A stretch of 32,000 nt of DNA from Nostoc punctiforme PCC 73102 (GTDB lineage Bacteria; Cyanobacteriota; Cyanobacteriia; Cyanobacteriales; Nostocaceae). The notes beneath the pieces were generated by a model. That model saw only the letters and a list, made by a program, of their open reading frames with translations. It was not told where the DNA came from and ran no database searches. Where the stretch lies: NCBI RefSeq assembly GCF_000020025.1, contig NC_010628.1:1560001-1592000 (forward strand), written 5' to 3'. Below are positions 25,711 through 32,000 of this stretch, one piece after another. Position 1 is the stretch's first letter; each line of letters starts with the position of its first letter. A program made the translations under genes and the position numbers.

Positions 25711-25744
25711 AGGGGAAAACTCTTCTCCCCTACTCCCTTTTTTG
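25711..25744 (+). terminator. Candidate intrinsic terminator downstream of the SDR gene
   Basis: aggggaaaactcttctcccct (6-bp G/C-rich stem) followed by cttttttgg. It is also part of a dispersed repeat family (see findings). Confidence 0.5.
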
Positions 25745-26025
25745 GTAACAGCGATCGCTGCAATTATCCCAGCCCAGAGTAGCAGTTCTAAAATACTTGT
25801 ATTATAAATTGCAGCTTATTAACTTCTATGACCTATTTTATTTGAGATATAAAGTATATATTTTAACAATAAATACACTAGTTTCGGCAGCCATAGGATT
25901 TTTAATGCTAGATTTCAAATCTTGTTAAAAAATTTACGAAAATCAAATATCTAGTAAAAATACGTATGCCATTTTAAGTCTTCTCACTATATGAATAGTA
26001 GAATTAGCCCATAGAGGAGAAGACA

Positions 26026-26505
26026 GTGACGCTCTTAAACCAAGCTCAAGTAGAGCAGCTAAAGGAAATAACTACACATTTACGACAAGTAAGACAAGAA
26101 AAATCCATACGCATAGAAGAAATTGCTGCTCAAACACTGATTAGAGCAGGTGTTTTGCACGCTTTAGAAGAAGAAAGATTTGAAGAATTACCTGAGCCTA
26201 TTTTTCTTCAAGGCTTCATCCGTCGCTATGCAGATGCTTTAGGACTGGATGGAAATGCTTTATCACATACTCTTATAAGCAATCCAGTAGTCCGCCAAGA
26301 CCCCAAGAACGATCGTAAAAATTCTGACAACAAACCAAATACATACATACCTCTTGTCGTTACCTACATTCTGTTATTGGTCGCTGCATCTGCTGGTCTT
26401 TTACATATACTTAATCCACCACAAATCACATCTGAATCTCTGACTCCAGAAGTAAATAATGAACAGTCAATAGTCAGCAAAACTAACAAATTGACAGAAA
26501 AGTAA
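26026..26505 (+). CDS. RodZ-like helix-turn-helix membrane protein (HTH_25-type N-terminus plus a single TM)
   Basis: 159 aa with a GTG start and strong SD (gaggagaag 4-12 nt upstream). IRIEEIAAQTLIRAGVLHALEEERFEELPEPIFLQGFIRRYADALGLD. TM helix IPLVVTYILLLVAASAGLLHIL. Confidence 0.7.
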   Translation: MTLLNQAQVEQLKEITTHLRQVRQEKSIRIEEIAAQTLIRAGVLHALEEERFEELPEPIFLQGFIRRYADALGLDGNALSHTLISNPVVRQDPKNDRKNSDNKPNTYIPLVVTYILLLVAASAGLLHILNPPQITSESLTPEVNNEQSIVSKTNKLTEK

Positions 26506-26540
26506 GTACGTTGGCGCAATTAAAGCTAGCTGGCAAGGCT

Positions 26541-26568
26541 GTCATTTGTCCTTTGTCATTGGTCATTA
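26541..26568. repeat. STRR2-like heptamer run (TTTGTCA/TTGGTCA variants), left arm of an inverted pair
   Basis: gtcatttgtcctttgtcattggtcatta. Confidence 0.8.
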
Positions 26569-26665
26569 GTAAAGACTTTAAGCCTATTTACGTTTCGTAA
26601 CATAATTGGTTTATTTCTGCTAACTTACTTAGAGGAAGTGGCGAGTGAAGGATAAGAATTAATCA

Positions 26666-26690
26666 CCAATGACAAATGACAAATGACAAA
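26666..26690. repeat. STRR2-like heptamer run in the opposite orientation (AATGACA x3), right arm. It ends 2 nt before the gatA stop codon.
   Basis: ccaatgacaaatgacaaatgacaaa. Confidence 0.8.
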
Positions 26691-26691
26691 T

Positions 26692-28152
26692 TCAAGATAT
26701 TTGTGGTTTACGCAGATGCCAAGTAGTAGCTTGTTCATAAGCGTAAGCTACCTGAAACAATTGGTCTTCTCGCAGTACATTGCCAATTAGCTGTAATCCT
26801 ATTGGTAAACCCTGGTCATCAAAACCACATGGCAAACTTAAACTAGGTAAACCAGCAAGATTCACAGGAATAGTCATCAAGTCAGTTAAATACATGCTCA
26901 AGGGATCAGTAGTTTTTTCCCCTGCTTTGAATGCTGTAGTGGGAGATGTGGGACAAACTAACACATCAACTACGCGAAAAGCCTTTTCAAAGTCTTCTTT
27001 AATTAGGGTGCGGACTTTTTGCGCTTTCAGGTAATAAGCATCGTAATAGCCAGCAGAAAGGGCATAAGTGCCGATCATAATCCGACGTTTGACTTCTGTA
27101 CCAAAACCAGTGGCACGGGTACGAGTATACATCGATAGTAGGTTATCGGCATCAGGAGCGCGGTAGCCATATTTAACGCCATCGTAACGAGCCAAGTTTG
27201 CTGATGCTTCGGATGGGGCAATGATGTAGTAGGTGGGTAAGCCATAACGAAAGCGCGGACAGGAAATTATATGAATCTCCGCTCCCAAACTTTGTAATAC
27301 ATCTACTGCTTTGGTAACAGCTTGTTCCACTACAGAGTCTAAACCTTCACCAAAAGTTTCTTTAACGATCCCAATTCTTAGCTGACCTCTGGGTTTGAAG
27401 TCTGGTTTGAAGCTGGCGGCGTAGTTGGGAATGGCAACTTTGAGGCTGGTAGAGTCTTTGGGATCGTGACCTGCGATCGCATTTAATAATATTGCCGCAT
27501 CTTCTACTGTGTTGGCAAATGGCCCAATTTGATCCAAAGACGAAGCGTAAGCCACCAAACCATAACGAGAAACCAAACCATAAGTTGGTTTCATCCCCAC
27601 CACACCGCAGAAAGATGCCGGTTGCCGAATCGAACCGCCAGTATCAGAACCGAGAGCAACTACACATTCTTGGGATGACACCGCCGCAGCCGAACCCCCC
27701 GAAGAACCACCTGGAACTCGTGACAAATTCCAGGGATTAGCCGTGACTTGGTAGGCAGAGTTTTCTGTGGAACTACCCATTGCAAACTCATCTAAGTTGG
27801 TTTTGCCTACCATTACGGCCCCAGCATCTGCCAGCTTTTGCGTCGCCGTTGATTCATAAGGCGGCACAAAATTCTCTAAAATTCGGGAGGCGCAAGTGGT
27901 AGGGATTCCCTTAGTACATAAATTGTCCTTAATCCCAACAGGAATGCCTGCTAGTAGCCCGATTTCTTCTCCGGCAGCAATTTTGGCATCCACAGCACCC
28001 GCCTGCTCTAATGCCCGTTCTGCGGTAACACATAAAAAGCTATGTAATTTCGGCTCTAACGCTTCAATGCGCTCTAAAGCTTCTTGGGTAATTTCAACGG
28101 CAGAACGTTCTTTTTTAACTAGTTGTTGGTGCAACTCGCGGATGGATGCCAT
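26692..28152 (-). CDS. gatA: Glutamyl-tRNA(Gln)/aspartyl-tRNA(Asn) amidotransferase subunit A
   Basis: 486 aa. Amidase signature [11 protein letters not shown]...[16 protein letters not shown]. Typical GatA N-terminus ([20 protein letters not shown]) and length. Confidence 0.95.
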   Translation of the reverse strand: MASIRELHQQLVKKERSAVEITQEALERIEALEPKLHSFLCVTAERALEQAGAVDAKIAAGEEIGLLAGIPVGIKDNLCTKGIPTTCASRILENFVPPYESTATQKLADAGAVMVGKTNLDEFAMGSSTENSAYQVTANPWNLSRVPGGSSGGSAAAVSSQECVVALGSDTGGSIRQPASFCGVVGMKPTYGLVSRYGLVAYASSLDQIGPFANTVEDAAILLNAIAGHDPKDSTSLKVAIPNYAASFKPDFKPRGQLRIGIVKETFGEGLDSVVEQAVTKAVDVLQSLGAEIHIISCPRFRYGLPTYYIIAPSEASANLARYDGVKYGYRAPDADNLLSMYTRTRATGFGTEVKRRIMIGTYALSAGYYDAYYLKAQKVRTLIKEDFEKAFRVVDVLVCPTSPTTAFKAGEKTTDPLSMYLTDLMTIPVNLAGLPSLSLPCGFDDQGLPIGLQLIGNVLREDQLFQVAYAYEQATTWHLRKPQIS

Positions 28153-28192
28153 GATTGCTCTCTTTGTGACTCAAGTCATTGATTTTAGTACA

Positions 28193-28300
28193 TATTGGCC
28201 GATATGGGTATTGGGAATGGGTATTGGGAATGGGGAATTGGGCATGGGGCATTGGGCACAAAAGGCAGAGGGGCAAGGGAGCAGGGGGTAAGGGGGAGAA
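28193..28300. repeat. About 15 tandem degenerate heptamers (STRR1-like ATTGGGN/ATGGGGN), followed by a G-rich/C-rich hairpin (to ~28325)
   Basis: tattggc cgatatg ggtattg ggaatgg gtattgg gaatggg gaattgg gcatggg gcattgg gcacaaa aggcaga ggggcaa gggagca gggggta aggggga. Located just upstream of the gatA start. Confidence 0.85.
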
Positions 28301-28519
28301 TTAAAAGTTACTTCTTTCCCCTTTGCTACCTTATTCCCTAACTCTCCACTGTTAATAAATAAGACTCATACCTCTAAAGAAATAAGTAATTGTGGGGTTG
28401 GAAAAATTGCGAGCCTTAAACAAAATAATATTAGGAATTTAACATCATCCGTAAATAGAGGGACTACAATCAAAACGGACAAATGTTTCATGCTCCAATA
28501 AAGATAGGATTACAAAGCT

Positions 28520-28660
28520 ATGTCCGACTTAAATCGAGGAATTATGAAATTTGAGGGTGCAGATTCCCCAAAAGTAGTCACTATCTCTACCGTGTTGCTT
28601 CTGGGATCGATCGCTGCTCTCATCATCTGGGCGCTGCAAGCTGCCTATGCGCTAAACTAA
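28520..28660 (+). CDS. Small (46 aa) single-pass membrane protein, below the ORF-track size cutoff
   Basis: Own translation: MSDLNRGIMKFEGADSPKVVTISTVLLLGSIAALIIWALQAAYALN*. A clean 20-residue hydrophobic helix, followed by a GGGCACTTG...CAAGTGTCC hairpin (28680-28725). No homology could be checked. Confidence 0.35.
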   Translation: MSDLNRGIMKFEGADSPKVVTISTVLLLGSIAALIIWALQAAYALN

Positions 28661-28836
28661 AACCATTAGTAGTCTAGAAGGGCACTTGTCTTAAACGGTT
28701 TCCGTCGTAGCCAAGTGTCCATTCCATGACTAATAAATAAAAGCGCCCTAATTACCATCAAAAATTTCAGAAAAACTTTAGATTTTAGATTTGAGGTTTT
28801 AGATGGAAAATTTAAATCTAAAATCCAAAATCCAGA

Positions 28837-31752
28837 ATGTTTGAACCTTGGGGTGTTTTAGTTATTTTAATTATCTGCCCCCTCTTGGGCGGATTACCCC
28901 TGATTGCATGGATAGCTTACGCGCTTACGGGTAAGCAATTATCACAAGTTGGTACACGAAACATTAGTGTATCAGCTGCCTTTTATCACGGTGGTAAGTT
29001 TGTCGGAATTCTGGCAGTCTTGTCAGAAGCTTTTAAAGGAATTGCGGCAGTTTTCCTCACCCGTCTTTTCTTCCCAGAGGGATCGTTTTGGGAATTGATT
29101 GCCCTGATCGCTCTGGTAATTGGTAGATACTGGATAGGCAGAGGAGCAGGTACAACAAATGTCGTCTGGGGTTTTGTCGTACACGATCCCCTGGTGGCAA
29201 TATTTGTCTCTTTCTTTGCAGGTATTAGCTTTACAATTCTGCAATCAAAACAGGCAGTCAAATATGGGGTTTTGCTTCTCTTTCCACTGTTTGTAGCAAT
29301 TTTGCATCTAAGCGATATCCCCAGAATGCTTGCTGCTGTGGCTTTAGCTGGTTTAATGGCCTGGATTTATGCAAAAATCCCAGATGATATGAACCTACCA
29401 GCTCAAGAGGCACAAACAGAATCGCAAGCGATGTTGGAATTTTTACGGGGCGATGTCTACAACGGGCTACGCCAACGCGCGATGGTTTCTTTAGATGAAG
29501 AGTTGGATGCTGCTATTGTCGGAGAAAAGGCGGCTACATTATCCCAAATTAAACGTTGGGGCTATCCAGTCCCGAAAGGATGGGTACTAGCGCCAATCGA
29601 CGATCCAAAAGTGTTGACAGAATTTCTCCAGCCATCAGAATTATCCCCCTTGGTGGTGCGTTCCTCCGCTATTGGCGAAGACTCAGAACATTCTTCCGCA
29701 GCTGGGCAGTATGAAACAGTTTTAAATGTTACTAGCCCAGAGGCATTACAGCAAGCGATCGCTCAAGTTCAAGCTTCTTACAATCATCCATCTGCTGTAC
29801 AGTATCGGCGTGATCGGGGCTTAAACGATACAGCAATGGCTGTGTTGATTCAACAACAAGTCCAAAGTGTATATTCTGGCGTTGCTTTCAGCCGCGATCC
29901 CATTACTCAGCAAGGTGATGCAATCATCATTGAAGCCCTTCCAGGCAGCCCGACGCAAATCGTTTCGGGAAAAGTCACACCAGAACAATATCGCGCTTTT
30001 GTCGTTGAAACAGAAAAATCCTCCTCTGTGCAATTAGAGGGTGAAGGACGAGTTCCCCAAGCATTAATTAAGCAAGTTGCATATTTAGCTTACCGACTCG
30101 AAAAACGTTATCATGGCACTCCTCAAGATATTGAATGGAGCTACGACGGTCAAACGCTTTGGGTGTTGCAATCTCGACCAATCACCACTTTATTACCAAT
30201 TTGGACGCGCAAAATCGCTGCTGAAGTGATTCCTGGAGTAATTCACCCCTTAACATGGTCAATTAATCGTCCTTTAACTTGTGGAGTTTGGGGAGAATTT
30301 TTTACTATAGTTTTAGGCGATCGCGCTTTGGGGTTAGATTTTAATGAAACGGCAACTCTTCATTACTCCAGAGCCTACTTTAATGCATCCCTCTTAGGAA
30401 ACATTTTTCTCCGTATGGGATTGCCGCCAGAAAGTCTGGAATTTTTAACCAGAGGAGCTAAATTAAGTAAACCGTCCTTGCAGTCAACCTGGGAGAATTT
30501 GCCAGGACTAGGGAAGTTGCTAAAGCGGGAATTAAACTTAGAAAAAGACTTCAAGCAAGATTATCACCAACGGTTTATTCCTGGGTTGTCGCAGTTAGCG
30601 CAAGAGAATGTAGATAATTTGGAACCAGCCAAGCTGCTAATCAGAATTGACTTTATTCTAGAGTTGCTGCGCCACGGGACATATTACAGTATTTTAGCTC
30701 CCTTAAGTGCTGCCTTGCGACAAGCGATTTTTCGGGTGAAGGATGGCCAAATTGATAATAGCGTGACTCCAGAGGTGGCGGCATTGCGATCGCTCAGTGC
30801 AATAGCTACAGATGCCAAGCAAGTATTGCTTGAGTTTGAACCACAGCAGGTATTTGAGCAGTTAAAGCAAACCCCAGAGGGAGAGAAAATCCTGCAAGAA
30901 TTTGACGAATTGCTTCAGGATTACGGCTATTTAAGTGAAGTGGGAACTGATATTTCCGTTCCCACTTGGCGGGAAAATCCCCAGATGATTAAGCAGATGT
31001 TTGTGCAATTAATGCAGGGGAACGAACCACGATCGGGTGCTAAAGACGCGATTAATAGCATCTTTGCTGGTAAGCGCAAACGTTCTTTTGTCCAACGGCG
31101 TGTGGATATTAAAGGGCGAGTTACCGAGGTTTATTCACGGCTGTTAGCTGAATTGCGTTGGAGTTTTGTCGCTTTAGAGAAGATTTGGTTAAAGTCAGGC
31201 TTACTCCAGAAAGCAGGAGATATCTTTTTTCTCAACTTTGATGAAGTGCGGCGTTTAGTTGTAGGTGACGATTTTAGGTTAATTGAGGAGTTAGATAAGT
31301 TAGTGGAATCGAGGCGATCGCAATTCGTTCAAGATAGTGAGATCATTCAAGTGCCACTTTTAGTTTACGGCAATACACCTCCGCACCCCTTAGCTCCTTC
31401 TGCACTCTACTCTGACCAAATTTTACAAGGGATTGGAGCCAGTCACGGGCAAGCTGAAGGCAGGGTGAAGGTGTTGCGAAATTTACAAGACGTGCCAGAG
31501 ATTGACCGAGATACGATTCTGGTAGTACCTTACACAGATTCCGGCTGGGCCCCTTTGTTATTAAGGGCTGGAGGATTAATTGCCGAAGTTGGTGGACGGC
31601 TTTCTCACGGTGCGATCGTGGCTCGTGAATACGGAATTCCTGCTGTGATGGATGTTCGGGGTGCTACATGGCTTTTGCAAGATGGTCAACGGGTAAGGAT
31701 TGATGGATCTAGGGGTATTGTGGAATTATCTAACGATTTAAGACCCGAATGA
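28837..31752 (+). CDS. Fusion protein: N-terminal PlsY-like polytopic membrane domain (degenerate catalytic motifs), an ATP-grasp PEP/pyruvate-binding-type domain, and a C-terminal PEP-utilising 'swivel' phosphohistidine domain
   Basis: 971 aa.
- aa 1-190 align by eye to PlsY (LLGGLPLIAW...GTRNISVSAAF...SEAFKGIAAV), but GSGNxGATN, D..KG and GH..P are not conserved.
- aa ~215-460 are PPDK_N-like (GEKAATLSQIKRWGYPVPKGWVL..., VVRSSAIGEDS..SAAGQYETVLNV, DIEWSYDGQTLWVLQSRPIT).
- The C-terminus has VVPYTDSGWAPLL...GGRLSHGAIVAREYGIPAV (His924, nt 31606-31608). Confidence 0.85.
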   Translation: MFEPWGVLVILIICPLLGGLPLIAWIAYALTGKQLSQVGTRNISVSAAFYHGGKFVGILAVLSEAFKGIAAVFLTRLFFPEGSFWELIALIALVIGRYWIGRGAGTTNVVWGFVVHDPLVAIFVSFFAGISFTILQSKQAVKYGVLLLFPLFVAILHLSDIPRMLAAVALAGLMAWIYAKIPDDMNLPAQEAQTESQAMLEFLRGDVYNGLRQRAMVSLDEELDAAIVGEKAATLSQIKRWGYPVPKGWVLAPIDDPKVLTEFLQPSELSPLVVRSSAIGEDSEHSSAAGQYETVLNVTSPEALQQAIAQVQASYNHPSAVQYRRDRGLNDTAMAVLIQQQVQSVYSGVAFSRDPITQQGDAIIIEALPGSPTQIVSGKVTPEQYRAFVVETEKSSSVQLEGEGRVPQALIKQVAYLAYRLEKRYHGTPQDIEWSYDGQTLWVLQSRPITTLLPIWTRKIAAEVIPGVIHPLTWSINRPLTCGVWGEFFTIVLGDRALGLDFNETATLHYSRAYFNASLLGNIFLRMGLPPESLEFLTRGAKLSKPSLQSTWENLPGLGKLLKRELNLEKDFKQDYHQRFIPGLSQLAQENVDNLEPAKLLIRIDFILELLRHGTYYSILAPLSAALRQAIFRVKDGQIDNSVTPEVAALRSLSAIATDAKQVLLEFEPQQVFEQLKQTPEGEKILQEFDELLQDYGYLSEVGTDISVPTWRENPQMIKQMFVQLMQGNEPRSGAKDAINSIFAGKRKRSFVQRRVDIKGRVTEVYSRLLAELRWSFVALEKIWLKSGLLQKAGDIFFLNFDEVRRLVVGDDFRLIEELDKLVESRRSQFVQDSEIIQVPLLVYGNTPPHPLAPSALYSDQILQGIGASHGQAEGRVKVLRNLQDVPEIDRDTILVVPYTDSGWAPLLLRAGGLIAEVGGRLSHGAIVAREYGIPAVMDVRGATWLLQDGQRVRIDGSRGIVELSNDLRPE

Positions 31753-32000
31753 TTACCAATTCTCTGAAAGACTTACCAGAAGAATCTGTCTCTCACAATC
31801 CCGAAATCAAGAAAAAGGTGATGTTACGCTTCGGCGATTTGCCTCACCTAACTAACTTTTCTCAAGCGCGTTTTGCTCCCGGACAAACCGCACCAGGACA
31901 CGCACATCAAGATATGTGCGAAGTATTCTTTGTGGAAGCTGGTTCAGGAGTAATTCATATTGATGGTACAGAATACCCCCTGCTTCCAGGGAATTGCGTG
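31749..32000 (+). CDS. Cupin-domain protein, 5' part (continues past the right window edge)
   Basis: Own translation: MITNSLKDLPEESVSHNPEIKKKVMLRFGDLPHLTNFSQARFAPGQTAPGHAHQDMCEVFFVEAGSGVIHIDGTEYPLLPGNCV. Cupin motif 1 G-x5-HxH-x3-E-x6-G is present. The start ATG overlaps the upstream stop (ATGA at 31749-31752). Confidence 0.7.
   Translation, partial: MITNSLKDLPEESVSHNPEIKKKVMLRFGDLPHLTNFSQARFAPGQTAPGHAHQDMCEVFFVEAGSGVIHIDGTEYPLLPGNCV

Noticed and set aside
27896-28291. 131-aa plus-strand ORF
   Set aside because: Its 5' two-thirds are antisense to gatA. Its 3' end is just the translated heptamer array (GMGIGNGELGMGHW). It is a repeat/antisense artefact. The other ORFs nested in gatA, the K+ channel gene, padR, the AraC gene, the SDR gene, the HAD gene, devB and the fusion gene were rejected for the same reason.
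1-32000. tRNA, rRNA, transposase, integrase, phage or known defence-system genes
   Set aside because: No cloverleaf-like or rRNA-like sequence was noticed in the intergenic regions, and no ORF has recombinase, nuclease or defence-type motifs. The only mobile-looking DNA is non-autonomous small repeats.

Overview
The window looks like a chromosomal segment of a filamentous, heterocyst-forming cyanobacterium (Nostocales-like). Evidence: more than 20 copies of the HIP1 octamer GCGATCGC, STRR-type heptamer arrays, Nostoc-style small hairpin and MITE-like repeats, low GC by eye, and DevBCA plus Hgl/PfaA-type genes.

Left ~17 kb is an accessory-looking lipid locus. On the minus strand is an operon with a 2372-aa PfaA/HglE-like synthase (KS-AT-ACP-ACP*-KR-DH), an 1103-aa KSQ/CLF-AT protein, and the 5' part of a PfaD-like enoyl reductase that runs off the left edge. 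Divergent from it on the plus strand is a complete devB-devC-devA tripartite ABC exporter. The 2.4-kb AT-rich spacer between them holds two small putative DNA-binding genes (RHH-like and HTH-like) and phased TACAAC repeats.

Downstream of devA lies a 1-kb gene-poor AT-rich tract with one Cys-rich mini-ORF. Next is a secreted Gly/Thr-repeat protein with a WGxxGxxG C-terminal motif.

The right half is mostly housekeeping or regulatory:
- RCK-gated K+ channel
- nagB-like deaminase and a HAD hydrolase
- PadR regulator with a tandem palindromic operator
- a GC-richer AraC/SDR divergent pair
- RodZ-like HTH protein
- gatA
- an untracked 46-aa membrane mini-ORF
- a 971-aa fusion of a degenerate PlsY-like membrane domain to an ATP-grasp/His-swivel PEP-utilising enzyme, translationally coupled (ATGA) to a cupin gene that runs off the right edge

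No rRNA, tRNA, CRISPR array, transposase or integrase could be supported.

Most interesting observations:
1. The PKS + exporter + small-regulator locus as one candidate lipid synthesis/export system.
2. A second ACP whose phosphopantetheine serine is alanine.
3. Intergenic-type repeat elements embedded in frame in the synthase linkers.
4. A repeated His/Gln-rich helical motif shared by two synthase subunits.
5. The PlsY-like/PEP-utilising fusion.

All functional calls come from motif reading of the translations. No database search was possible.
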